Positions 38,452-50,432 of a DNA stretch of 64,000 nucleotides are shown piece after piece; position 1 is the first letter of the stretch; the number at the start of each line of letters is the position of its first letter. A program made the position numbers and the translations under genes. This stretch comes from Eremomyces bilateralis CBS 781.70. Lineage: Eukaryota. The notes under the pieces were generated by a model. It worked only from the letters and a program-made list of their open reading frames with translations, was not told where the DNA came from and did no database searches. The stretch lies in assembly GCA_010015585.1 (NCBI GenBank), contig ML975159.1, one strand, 5' to 3'.

Positions 38452-39418
38452 TCACGCAGCCCCGCCATGTTGAATCGCCAATTTCGGAGCCTGTCAACCG
38501 TAAGCCTCGTCGTTCCCATACCTGCGCATCGGACTCACCTGCGCCAAATCGACCACCAAGCACCGCTGCTCCATCTTCCCGCAGATCTCGTAGACGGCCG
38601 CCTTCCCCTCGCGGATCGAAATCACCGTGCTGCTCCCTGCATAGCACGCCTCCCCCTCCTGCCCGCACCGGTTCGCAATCACCAAGGTGACCGGCCGCCC
38701 ACCCGCCGTCCCTAGGAACGGATAGAACCGCTCCACCCAGTAGGCCAGCGTCTCCATGTCCGGTTGATAGGGCAGCTCTTCTAGCTCCTGGGGCGTCAGC
38801 CGTGTGAGCCACGCCATCGACAGCACGACCAGCGGCGCGCCGCTCGACAGCGCGTGGTGCGCGAACTCGTAGGCGTCCCAGGGCGCTTGGAACTGCTTCG
38901 GGTTGATATCCATGCAGATTCCCATGCAGACGTCGCCCAGCTCGTATAGATCGTCGTGGTAGAACCCGGTGCCTTCGTTCGCCCATGTCTCGTCCGTGTA
39001 GTAGAGGAACGTCTTGCGGTAGTGCGCGACCATGTTCCCGGTGGGGCCGACGGTGACGGTGGAGTTGTAGTGCCGTTTGGGCTCTGTCACGGTCGTTTCG
39101 GGGTAGCCGACTGTGACGTGACAGCGCAGTCGCTTTGCGGTTGTCGTGGCCCATTGTGTTGAGACGCCTGCTGCGGTTGGTTCTAGGTAGGGTGATATTG
39201 CTTCCGTGGACGGGAAGTTGTAGCCTTTTCAGGTGTAAGCCATGCCCGCTCGCCATCGTAGAACAGAGAAAAGCGTGCGTACCAGAAAACGCCATTTCCG
39301 GCAAAACCAACCACTTCACGCTGCCTGGTGTGAGCCCACTGAGCAGATAGTCCGCTTGGGCGATGTTCTGCTGCACTTCCCCCAGCTTGGGCGCGGTTTG
39401 CAGGATTGCGACTTTCAT
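38452..39418 (-). CDS. NTA1: Protein N-terminal amidase (nitrilase/CN-hydrolase fold)
   Basis: LVLPEMAFSG|YNF, VTVGYPE, YRKTFLYYTDETWA, GICMDINP, ANRCGQE..YAGSS (E-K-C triad). Confidence 0.88.
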
Positions 39419-40268
39419 GATGGAGATATCGGGTCGATCTCGGTGTCCGACTCGGACGGTTAAGCTTATTTAGGACCGCTTTAGGAATTGGAGGTCATGT
39501 TTCTACACCAGAAGATTTGGAGTGGTGGGGGAGGGCGATTCTCGTTGACGCTATCAAAGGAACGGCGCTGTTAGAATTTCCTTTTTGAGTAATTGGATAA
39601 TGGGATTTGAATGTTAAGTAGCTGGCATGAAGGGTCTTTGAATAGAATGTGGCTGGGGAGTATCAATACCAGTATTCCGATTATTCCTCTATGAGTTGAT
39701 AGGTATAGTGGATGTCCAATATGAACATGCTTCATGCATCAGTCAATGGTATGCTTTAGAGTTGACTATGACGTACTTCGGCCTCGTAACCCGTGTACTC
39801 TAGAACCATGTGTAAAGTTCTATTATTTGGTATATTGATCTCATTGGAGTTATCGTGAAGTTGGGTCGTTCATAGAGATTACAGAGTCCGGTTCAGTCAT
39901 CAGGGATCTTCATATTGGAAACCTTACTGACCAATCGGAGAAGAGCCGCCCCAAATATTTCACGATCTTGAGTAATGGGGTACGGAGGCAATTCTAACCT
40001 CTGGCGATGTCTGTCTTCTAGTACAATAGGTCAATTTATCTCTATTATATTTCCTGCTGAGCAGTGTATTGAGGCAGGTCTGTCCAACAAGCATTGCCGG
40101 CAATTTTGAATGAAAATGGCTCAATACTCCTGGTGATATCTCCAAGGCAAGTCCCTCCCGATAGAACCCGGGTCCTCATAGCGTGGACTGAATGTCTGAC
40201 CTGGCAAACAGGTAACCAGTACTCCAGGGGAATGGATCGGTGACATTAAAAGCCGAGCACCGCTACCA

Positions 40269-42500
40269 ATGGCAGGCAGACGAGTCCTCGACGTCTCCAA
40301 GCTCGTCTCCGCGACCCGACACATCGCGAAAGCTCACCTCGACCTCCGGAGTCGCCAATATGACGTATTCGCAAAGACATCCACCCTCGCCAAGGCCGCG
40401 AAGAACCAGACGGATCGAGTCACTGTGACTCTCAGTGCCGCCATCGCGATCGCACAGCGACTGGCAGAAGAGCCAATCAACAGCGGGACAACGGGTCCGC
40501 AGACACACGGGACGGATGGAAGTGCGAGTCCGCGAGGGCAGGCTTCGACAGGCGAGCGACCGAAAGATGCCTCGGGGATAAATCAAGACCATCATTACCA
40601 GCCGTCGGAGAAGAATGCAGCGTTCGAACCGGCACCGATTTCGGATCTCAAGCCGTCGCAGGAACAGGCTGGTAGACATGCACTTCCAGACGGGACAATT
40701 CCGTCAGAAGGGTTGGATGCAAGGGAAGAGACGGCAGGATATGACACGTATGGTCGAATTCCAGCTACAGAGACTGCAAAATCTCCACTGGAGGACCAAC
40801 GGACCAAGGTGGTCATACCGCAACGAAGTTCTGCTGTACAAAGATCGGAGGATGGGTCTATCAACGCCGACACATTCGGTACCGCGAGTGCAGATACGCA
40901 GAAAGCTGTGCTGGAGGATACTGCAGCTGAAGAGATACCAGAAGGCATCGACATCAATGTCTTCCGTACGACGCGAGGAAAGACGCTCCTTGGTTCCTCG
41001 AAACCATCTCAAGAACCGAAATCTACAGCCACGCAAATAGACGCAGCACCCGATGACATTCAGCAGCTCGCCAAAGCTATCGCGGAGGACCCCATCGCGG
41101 AGGACCCCATCACCCAACCCTCCACCACCCCCCAACCANNNNNNNNNNNNNNNNNNNNNNNNNNNNNNNNNNNNNNNNNNNNNNNNNNNNNNNNNNNNNN
41201 NNNNNNNNNNNNNNNNNNNNNNNNNNNNNNNNNNNNNNNNNNNNNNNNNNNNNNNNNNNNNNNNNNNNNNNNNNNNNNNNNNNNNNNNNNNNNNNNNNNN
41301 NNNNNNNNNNNNNNNNNNNNNNNCAACATGACCCGCCTCGTCGCCAAGCTCTCCCGCATGCGCGGCGCCGCCCTCAAGCTCGGCCAGATGATCAGCTTCC
41401 AAGACCTCAAGCTCCTCCCCGGCCCCATCCAGGACGTCATGCAGCGCGTCCAGGACAGCGCCGACTACATGCCTGCGCGCCAGCGCGACCGCGTGCTCGC
41501 CACCAGCCTCGGCGCCGACTGGCGCGACGCGTTCGCGGAGTTCGACGAGGTGCCCATCGCCGCCGCGTCGATCGGCCAGGTGCACCGGGCGACGCTGCGC
41601 ACCGGGGAGACGGTCGCGGTGAAGGTGCAGTACCCCGGGGTAGCGACATCGATCGACTCGGACCTGAACAACCTCTCGCTTCTGCTCACCGCATCGCGCC
41701 TGCTGCCGCGCGGGATGTATCTCGAGAAGACCATCGCGAACGCGCGGACGGAGCTGGCGTGGGAATGCGACTACGTGCGGGAGGCGGAGTGCGGGACTCG
41801 CTTTCGAGAACTACTCGCCGACGACGACGCGTTCACCGTCCCTCAGGTCTTCCCCTCCGCGTCCGGAAGAGAAGTCCTCACCGCCGAACTCATGCACGGC
41901 ACCGCGGTCACAAAAATTCCCGACTTATCCCAGGACGAACGCGACTGGATTGGCACCCATCTCCTCCGCCTCTGCCTCCGCGAGATCACTGAGTTCCGCT
42001 ACATGCAAACTGACCCCAACTGGACCAACTTCCTCTACAACCGCGCCACGCACAAGCTCGAGCTCCTCGACTTTGGCGCCACGCGCGCGTATCCGCTAGA
42101 ATTCATCGGGCCGTATGTCGGCATCCTCCGCGCCGCCGCCGCCGACGACCGCGCCACCATCCAATCCCTCTCCGTACAGCTTGGTTACCTCACGGGGTCC
42201 GAGAGCGCGGCGATGGTAGACGCGCACGCCGACTCGGTGCTGGCACTGGCAGAGCCGTTCGGTGCGCAGGCGGACGCGGTGTACGATTTCCAGGACCAGA
42301 CGATCACAGAGCGGGTGCGGGGGCTGATTCCGACGATGTTGAAGGAGCGGTTGGCGCCGCCGCCGGAGGAGACGTATAGTCTGCATCGGAAATTGAGTGG
42401 GGCGTTTTTGTTGTGTGCGAGATTGGGGAGTCGGGTTAGGTGTAGGGAGTTGTTTGAGGGGGCGGTGGAGAGGTTTGAGGGGAGGAAAGGGGAGGTGTAA
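40269..42500 (+). CDS. COQ8: Atypical kinase Coq8/ABC1 (N-gap 41139-41323)
   Basis: LSRMRGAALKLGQ, PIAAASIGQVH, VAVKVQYPGV, MQTDPNWTNF, LLDFGATR, PPPEETYSLHRKLSGAFLLC. Confidence 0.95.
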   Translation: MAGRRVLDVSKLVSATRHIAKAHLDLRSRQYDVFAKTSTLAKAAKNQTDRVTVTLSAAIAIAQRLAEEPINSGTTGPQTHGTDGSASPRGQASTGERPKDASGINQDHHYQPSEKNAAFEPAPISDLKPSQEQAGRHALPDGTIPSEGLDAREETAGYDTYGRIPATETAKSPLEDQRTKVVIPQRSSAVQRSEDGSINADTFGTASADTQKAVLEDTAAEEIPEGIDINVFRTTRGKTLLGSSKPSQEPKSTATQIDAAPDDIQQLAKAIAEDPIAEDPITQPSTTPQPXXXXXXXXXXXXXXXXXXXXXXXXXXXXXXXXXXXXXXXXXXXXXXXXXXXXXXXXXXXXXXNMTRLVAKLSRMRGAALKLGQMISFQDLKLLPGPIQDVMQRVQDSADYMPARQRDRVLATSLGADWRDAFAEFDEVPIAAASIGQVHRATLRTGETVAVKVQYPGVATSIDSDLNNLSLLLTASRLLPRGMYLEKTIANARTELAWECDYVREAECGTRFRELLADDDAFTVPQVFPSASGREVLTAELMHGTAVTKIPDLSQDERDWIGTHLLRLCLREITEFRYMQTDPNWTNFLYNRATHKLELLDFGATRAYPLEFIGPYVGILRAAAADDRATIQSLSVQLGYLTGSESAAMVDAHADSVLALAEPFGAQADAVYDFQDQTITERVRGLIPTMLKERLAPPPEETYSLHRKLSGAFLLCARLGSRVRCRELFEGAVERFEGRKGEV

Positions 42501-42847
42501 GTGGATGATATGGGGAAATGGGATGTACATGTATGATAGTGTCAGACCGCTCAATCGATCGCTGTAGATTTATATGAGGATTACAGTGCGCCGTGGTTGG
42601 TGTTGTATAAATGTCCGTATTGCCTGCTCGGTCTATGCTAGATGGTGACCATGGCGAGTCCAATGTCACTCAACCCCGACTAACTAGGTGTATATTATTA
42701 AATCTTCGTAGATTTCCTCTGAAAGACTGCATCTCCATTTTACTTTTGAATACCTCCATATCTTAAGATTTTGGGAACTTGACCCTGAAAAGCGCAGGGC
42801 AATACCGGGAGCCCCCAAGGTCATTTCCCTCCGGAGCTTCGCTTTAC

Positions 42848-43367
42848 TGTTGTCGTTGTTGATTCATTTGCCCTGACTCTCCTACGGGATATGCAGGCTA
42901 CTACTACTCTCAGTTCTATCCTTCCTAAGCTAATTTACACTCTACCGCTTCATACACGAAGTTTTGCCTGTTAAGGCCTACGGTGGTCACCATGTCCGCG
43001 ACCCCTGATTTGAGGCCGCCCTGGAGCCCTTGATGTGAACCTCTTCGATGCTTCCGCAGAGTCAAGCACTGCCTCTGGGACATCGCTGTCAACTGCCCAT
43101 CCCTTGGTTCTTCCTTGGTCCTGAGGTCTCCCTCCAAGCATTCCGGTGATATTGTTGAAAGCGTCTCCTATCTTCTTCTGAAGCTGTTGTCCGAGCTCTC
43201 TGAGATTCGGACAGTCCACTAGGAAATGTACCAATGTCTCTCTTGCTCCGCATTCGCATCGGTCATCATCTCGAAAGCCGAGGATTTTGGCATGAGATGC
43301 AAGCTACGAGTGCCCTGTTCTGAGCTGCGTTAGTAGGTACGCCCTATTCCTCTGTTGGGGGCCGTCG
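42848..43367 (-). mobile_element. 5'-truncated non-LTR retrotransposon (Tad/I-like LINE) 3' end
   Basis: LLTQLRTGHS*L..CECGARETLVHFLVDCP (ORF2 C-terminal zinc knuckle), stop at 42971, short 3'UTR ending in degenerate (CAA)n tail gaatcaacaacgacaac. Confidence 0.75.
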
Positions 43368-43751
43368 CTAGCGAAATTGGCTTCCGCCCAAGCGCAGCGC
43401 AAACGTCTTGCCATCCGGCGCGAAGGCCACGGCCTCGACCGGGCCCGAATGGCCTTCGAGCGTCTGCTGCAGCGCGCCCAACCCGGCGTCCCACAGCTTG
43501 ACCGCCTTGTCCCCCGATGCCGACGCCAGCATCTTGCCGTCTAGCGCGAAGGCCACGGCCGGTAACCCTGCCGCCCTGTTCATCCTCTATAGTTACCCCT
43601 CTTACTTTCTAAGCCGGCTTGATTTGGCACGCGATGCTTATAACACGTTCATCCGGTCTTCGGATGCCTCGAGGTCGCCGCAGCCGCCCCTTCTGTCCCT
43701 TCTCCTGGGGCAGAGGCTAGTCGCAGGTGGGAGCGGAGTCGTGTCGGTCAT
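43368..43751 (-). pseudogene. Decayed ORF containing about 1.3 HET-E/NWD-type WD40 repeats
   Basis: AVAFALDGKMLASASGDKAVKLWDAGLGALQQTLEGHSGPVEAVAFAPDGK at a 126-bp period (43418/43544); upstream in-frame part has four TAA/TAG stops. Confidence 0.7.
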
Positions 43752-44407
43752 GCGCGAGCGAGATGGGGGGAGCGATTGGGTGACAGGAACCTGTTGAAAA
43801 AGGCGCAAGGAAAGGCGAGGAGGGCGAAGGAGGCGAAAGAGGGGGGCGGATGCGAACGGAGAGGAGGTTTTGTAATTCTTTCGAAAAGTTGTAGATGGGG
43901 AGAGTTTAGAGGAAAGAACGAAGATGGAGAAGTCCGAGTAAGGGAAGAGACGCGCAAAACCAGAAATAGTAAGAGACTACCATGTCGAATATAGAGGAGA
44001 GAGTCCGATATATAACTCCTAACTCACCGAACTAGGTAAGGTAAATGTAACATCCCGGTGGTTGGGGGAGATGGAGTTTTATAATTTATCGGTACTCTAC
44101 CCTGACATCATCATTCACGCCACCCGCAGTCCACAAGGCAACAAAGATACTTCTTAACAACCAGTAAGTGAACAAGACCACGGTGTCTTTTTCAATTTAT
44201 AAGAGGTGATTACGCACACCATGGTATTTTCGGATATACATATCCCTCCATAGCAGCTCTCACTGTCAATCCAAGAGGAACATTCCTCAGCTTACGATCA
44301 TCGTCAATATATATCCACTTCGACGACAACACTGCACTGCACACGCTCCACTATAACATCAACCACCAGAATATACATAAAATACTTACGGAACCGCAAC
44401 ATCCCCA

Positions 44408-45358
44408 ATGCGCTTCTTCACCTCCCTCTTTCCCCTCCTCCTCCTCCCCCTACTCATCACCGCCAAATTCAAATCCAAACCCAAATCCAAACCCTCTCCC
44501 AAAAAAATCCACCTCCCCTCTATTCACACCCTCACCCTCGACTCCAACCGTCTCACCACCTCCCTCAACCGCCCTCCCATCCCCCAACTCCACTGCTCCC
44601 CTCCCTCCCTCTGCGCCCTCTTCACCGTCTCCACCATGGTCTGCGAAAACATCGGCTCGGCATACGGAAAAGCAGATGTACAGTGGAGTTGTAAAGCCGA
44701 GTTACCCCCCGAGTTTCGGCTGGGCGGAACGGAGGTGAGTTGTGAGGCGTGGGATGAGGACGGGGAGGGGGAGGAGTGGGTGGTCGGGGGGAGTTGTGGG
44801 GTGGGGTATCGGTTGGGGTTGACGGAGATGGGGGAGAGGCGGTTTGGGAAGATAGGGGAGGGACGGGGGGGTTATGAGGGGTGGGTGGACTGGTTTGTTA
44901 TGGCCGGGTTTTGGGTGCTGTTTGTCGTGGTGGCGGGGTGGATTGTTTGGGGCATTTGTACGGGTAGGGAGAGGGCTGGAGGTGGTGGAGGCGGTGGAGG
45001 TGGCGGAGGGGGAGGGGGTGGTGGAGGAGGGTGGTGGGGTAATGATTCAGACGATCCGCCGCCGCCGTACGATTGGCAGCCGAGGCGGAAACCACGGACG
45101 TCGGGTACGGGGTCGGTGGGCGGCGGTGGAGGAGGATGGGCGCCAGGGTTCTGGTCTGGGGCGATGGGGGGTGCGGCGGCGGGGTATTTCATGGGGCGGA
45201 ATCGGGAGGGGAGGGGAAGTCGAGGGTATGGGTATGGTGAAGCGTCAAATACGGGTTGGGGAGGATATGATCGAGGGGAAGGGAGCTCACGGTCGAGCAG
45301 AGGGGTGTCGTCGGCACGGTATGAGAGCACGGGATTTGGCGGCACAACGAGGCGGTAG
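44408..45358 (+). CDS. SARAF/TMEM66 (DUF1183) family membrane protein
   Basis: Signal peptide, PIPQLHC, CENIG..DVQWSCKAELP..VSCEAW..GSCGVGYRL, TM, DPPPPY, PGFWSG, STGFGGTTRR*. Confidence 0.85.
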   Translation: MRFFTSLFPLLLLPLLITAKFKSKPKSKPSPKKIHLPSIHTLTLDSNRLTTSLNRPPIPQLHCSPPSLCALFTVSTMVCENIGSAYGKADVQWSCKAELPPEFRLGGTEVSCEAWDEDGEGEEWVVGGSCGVGYRLGLTEMGERRFGKIGEGRGGYEGWVDWFVMAGFWVLFVVVAGWIVWGICTGRERAGGGGGGGGGGGGGGGGGGWWGNDSDDPPPPYDWQPRRKPRTSGTGSVGGGGGGWAPGFWSGAMGGAAAGYFMGRNREGRGSRGYGYGEASNTGWGGYDRGEGSSRSSRGVSSARYESTGFGGTTRR

Positions 45359-45737
45359 ATGAAGGATTCTTTCGAGCTTGTATGTAGGAATACCGGGCGG
45401 GGGGAAACACTACAGAACTGCGTGATAGGAAGTGATACCGACTGGAATTCTCAAAAACCGTAAACCTCTATGGAAACTCCACCACCGCAAGAATACAAAA
45501 CAAAACAGGCATCGATGTACCCCACAGGCTCCCGAACCCATCCCTGCTACAAAAACTCAATATCGGCGATTCGCTTCGCCTATGCTCGTTCACACTCGTT
45601 CGTTTCATCCCGTTCCAGCAGCGGAGCGTCGTCGAATTGGTTGATCGCTGTCGGATGCTCATGACGTGTGGATTGTCGTTCGTCCTCGTTCCCGCATCGT
45701 CATGTCCACGTCGCGTGGCTGCTCATAGCGCTACGAT

Positions 45738-46714
45738 TTACAGGGTCTTGCCGGCGGTCGCCTTGAGGTCGGGAGCGGTGGAGCCCTGGACGAAGTGGCG
45801 GGCGAAGATGGGCTGGACGACCGAGTTGAAGACGATATTGGCGCCGCTGGGGATGGTTAGAAGGGATCGTTTGACGGACAGGGGTGGACGTACTTGGTCT
45901 GGGGGAGCGCCATCCAGAGGATGAGGACGAACTTGAAGGTGTAGTAGAATGCTGACGTATGTTAGCAAAGGTGGTGGACGGGAGGTGATAGACGACTTAC
46001 GGAACCAGTAGACGGCGCTGACGGCGCTCTCGAACACGCTGTCAATTGTTAGTTTCTATTTTCACGGAATGGTTTGTCTAGAGACTACTCACGAGAAGAG
46101 CGCATAAACCACCCAGTACTGCTCGCAAAATCCAAAGTCAGTCACGTGCCACGAGCAATCTCGACGCCTTATCTATCATATAGATTTTGATGCGGGGAAA
46201 GTACGTACCGTCAACCACTATTCATCAGTTAGCGAGGCTGCTTAGAAATCGTATGTGGGTTCCATCGGTTGTGGTCAACCATCCCAACGAACATGATTGA
46301 GACGTACCTGGGTGTCATCGGCCTTCTGGGCGCTGAACAGCGCCTCTAGCGAATAGTACGCCGGAATGATAAAACCGGCGGTGTTCACGAGGAACTCGCC
46401 GGCGATGTTGAAGAAGACAAGGAAGAAGTACAGGGCGCCCAGGCCGAGGACGACGTAGACCTTGGGGACGCTGGTCTGTTGCTCGAAATTGTTGAGGAAC
46501 GGGTATTTGGACAGCTGGGGGGAGGCGGTCAGTACGGCGTCGGTATACGGAGGAGATGCAGGAGCGGTGGTTTCATATAACACCGATATATTGTGCGAGG
46601 TTCCAGCGGTCGAAGCCGTGGTGGACCGAGCAGGAAAATGACTGAACGGAGGGATATACATACCTCTTTATCCAGCTGTGAGATGGATTGCTGGGTTCGA
46701 TCTTGGAACGACAT
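45738..46714 (-). CDS. YOP1: ER-shaping protein Yop1 (DP1/REEP/HVA22)
   Basis: QLDKELSKYP..VPKVY..PAYYSL..DDTQ|WLT|YWVVYA..PFYYTFKFV..LPQT; 7 exons including a 9-nt exon at 46209-46217. Confidence 0.93.
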
Positions 46715-46981
46715 GGTGGGAGAAGGACGATGGAGACGTGGATGGAAGTATGAATGGTACTAGTGGTAGCAAGCTACAGCAGAACGGATTGTACGAGGAG
46801 AGATTTGTGGTGGATGAAGTAGCGGTGGTTGTTTGACGATATAACAAGCTGATGGGCGATGACGTTGTTGAGAGTGTCGTGTGGATGGAAAGACGACGTT
46901 GCTCACTTGCCCTTAACTCTCGGAGTCCTTCCCAAGACAAATTCCGCAATTTCGTTGGGCAATCGCACATGAAATCCCGGG

Positions 46982-47160
46982 TCACGTGAAGGCAGTCGCT
47001 TATGTCATTCCAGGCCTACTGCCTAGTGCCTACAGACTTACAGAGTGCGGCGACTAATTAGAGAGTGGCAGAAAATTGGAATGTGGCTGAGGTCACGTGA
47101 AATAGTGGTGTTGTCACTTGTCCGGTGTGGCTGGAGAAGGAAACCACGCACATCACGTGC
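46982..47160. promoter_or_regulatory. Cluster of three TCACGTG E-box motifs in the YOP1/RFX divergent promoter
   Basis: gtcacgtga at about 46981 and 47092, atcacgtgc at about 47152. Confidence 0.5.
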
Positions 47161-47823
47161 ACACCCCCCAGCCGTCGCTCCTGCCAACAATGTTTATTCG
47201 CTGTTTTGCATCGTCTCTCTCATTTCGCCCATCGGAAACTCCACAATATTGAGACGAGAGGAAGATATCAACACTTCGTCGCGACGACCACAACGTTTAC
47301 CTCCACTTCGTGCGCATCTCGTCGCATATTATCTTCATTATTGTCTCTGAGCAATCCTGCTCCCTGAATATCCTCCTGACTCCGTGGATTCCTGCTGCCA
47401 CGCGCCGCTACCGACACAAACAACCCCCAAAGCTTTGTCAACCGTCTGGATCCGATCCAAACTTTGCCAATTGCTGCGTGCGACGACTCAATCCAATTCG
47501 GAATCTTATCGCGCTTGTCGGTCGATTATTTATTCGCGGCAAGTCTGCGGCTATCCTGCATTGTCGCTGGTGCTCGCATTTCGCTGTTGTTTTCACCCCA
47601 CAACAAACCCGTCGCCAAGCCAATCCAACACTCCGATTCGAGATGCGCATACGAATCTAACTCGACCCTCTGGAATTTAACAAGGAGCTTCAAGAATCTG
47701 CATCATTGAGGCTTTTGGCTCCGTCCCTCGAGGAAATTGTCTGGCGAGATCGAGTCCGGCTCATCCGGCGAGCCAGTATCCCATTATCCACACATCAATA
47801 GCCTCATATTCCCTCCACGAGCG

Positions 47824-50432
47824 ATGCCCAACGAACTGCGGCGCTCACGCTCCGTCGCCTCCGCCTCAACCCATACCGCTCCCATCCCCCCATCGCGCGC
47901 ATCGACTGCGAGTATTCCTCCCGACAATCATCAGGCGGGCTTCGACCTCCATCCGCCGCAAAATTCCTACCCCAACCCCCCCAACACCGAATCGTTCGAG
48001 CTGCTCCATAACATGACGCAGTTAATGGAGATGGACCAACGGCAAATGCAGCAGGAGCATGGGTTCCAGCCCGGGATGCAGGATGAAAACATCCAATTCA
48101 GCCCCACGCGTGGCTTCTCAATGCCAGGGCAATTCCAGTCTGGGATGAACGATTTGGGGCAGTCGATGAACGGCAATGAGTTCGGTTCGCATCAACCCCA
48201 GCATGGCATGGATATGGGGAATAACTTCCATGCCGTGATGCCTCCTTCGGTTGTAGAACCGGAGGAGAAGAAGAGGAAGGGCAATTCGTCGAGCGCGACA
48301 AATGATAAAGAGCTCCGTGAAATGCTGTCAAGGAACAATGAGCGATCCTTGAAAGATGTTGCTACAGAAGTCATCAACACGGAAAGAACTCCACGAGCAG
48401 AAAAGTCGAAGCAACTCTTTGCAATGCTATGGTATGGAGGACCTTTGACAATATCCATGAATCAAGACTAACAATATGAAGGTTGAAAAGCGCGTGCGCT
48501 GTTGCGAAACGATCAACACCCCGAAGCAGAGTGTATACCGCATATGCCGAAAGTTGCGCGACGGAACGAGTAATCCCTCTCAACCCAGCGTCGTTCGGCA
48601 AGCTCGTTCGTGTCATCTTCCCCGGAATCCAAACACGAAGACTAGGAGTCCGAGGAGAGTCGAAATATCATTACGTTGATTTGGTCCTGAGAGACGAGAT
48701 CCCGCACTCTATGGAACGTTCCGGCAGCATCGCAAGCAATGGACGAATGCGAGGACCATCGGTCAGTCACACGATCGACTTCAACTCAATGCCACGGCTG
48801 CAAGCCGAAACGGCCAGATTCCCTAGTCAAGACCGACCGCTTCAATCCCCTACCCATCACGCCATCGCGAATCCTCCCTCACAAGGCCGACTGTTCACCG
48901 ACCCTTTCTCTCCTGGTCTTGCTGGCAACCATGGATCATTGTCGAGCAGTTATGCCCACACCCTCCAATTTCCCCTGGAAGATTTCAGCCAGCTGGCGGA
49001 TGCTGAGAATGATACGATCTCATTACCAAATATCCATATGTACGCACCACCTAAAACAGACATTGATGCTGCAGAGGCACTGGTCGCTCTGTATCGAACA
49101 CACTGCACTTCCCTGGTGGATTGCGTTCGCTTCTGCAAAGAAAAGCAATTCTTCCGGCTATTCAGCACATTCCAAGGAACGCTCACAGTTCCCGTCCAAC
49201 GACTATTCACCAACCCGACGGTGGCACCGTGGATACGAGAATGCGACTGGTTGATGTACCAGAAGATGATCCGCTTCGTCAGCGCCCTCACCCTTCAAGT
49301 CGCCCCTCCCATCGTCATCAAGTTCCTCGAGCGCGTGTCCCAGAACCTCCACGCCCATATCACCAAGACCTTCGCCGGCCACCCCGCCCACGTCCTCGAG
49401 GCCAAACTCGAACCCGCCACCGTCTTCGCCGGCCTCCTCCACCGCCTCCTCCGCGTTAACAGCACCGCCCACGCCGCCGCCGCCCTCCTCAACGAAGACC
49501 CCTTCCGCGACCAAATGTGGATCGACTGGGTCCAATACGTCAACCCGAAACGCATCATGGAAAGCGAGCTCCCCGGCTGCGGCTACGACGCCGTCTACGA
49601 GATCATGACCCACGATATTCGATCCATGCTCATGCCCACCAACGTCCCTCCCTTCCTCGAAGAAGGCACCTGCTACGAGGACGCCCTCCACGCCAGCCAC
49701 TGGCCCTCCATCCACCGCCTCCAGGAAGACACCCCCGTCGACCGCATCGCCACCTTCCTCTCCAAGCTCCCCGCCCGCTTTCCCACTGCCCCCACCCGCA
49801 CCCTACTCCAATGCATCTCCACCCTCCTCACTGCCGCCCTCCGCGAGATCACCATCCGCCAGGGCTCCAGCTACAACGCCTGGTGGATCACCAAGGTCTT
49901 CGTCGACGAGATGAGCCTTTGGCTCGCCTCTCTCGGCGGGTTCCTCGGTCACCGCATTGAGGCGCCGGAGTCCCTCTCCGCTTCCCCACAGCTGCCCGCC
50001 GAAGGCATCATGCGCGCCACCAGCGCCGCATCGGGGAGCGGCAGCGGACTAAGCAGTATGACCGATGGGATGAGCGCCGAGATCGGCTCCGAGAAAGCGT
50101 CAGCCGTCAAGCCCGAGCGGGGGTCCTTCGAAAGCGTCAACGGTATGTCCCAACCACCCACACACAGCAAGAACCACCCCCTAACCCCCCTCCCCGCAGG
50201 CCACACCACCACCAGCGGCCCCCCCACCACCGACACTCACCTCCCACACCGCGCCTCCCCGCGTCGCCCCGCGCCCGGCCCTGACGCCTTCCTCCCCAAC
50301 ACCTCCGCAGCGCCGCCGCAGGATGCGTTCCGGCCGCCGAAGATTCATGATCTGGGGAAGGTTGGCGGGGCGGACATGGACGATAGTGGGATTGGGATGG
50401 ATTTGATGGATGATTTGGGGGCGGAGGGGTAG
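47824..50432 (+). CDS. RFX-family transcription factor (Sak1/CPCR1-like)
   Basis: KQLFAMLW|L..PRSRVY..PLNPASFGKLVRVIFPGIQTRRLGVRGESKYHY. Confidence 0.92.
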
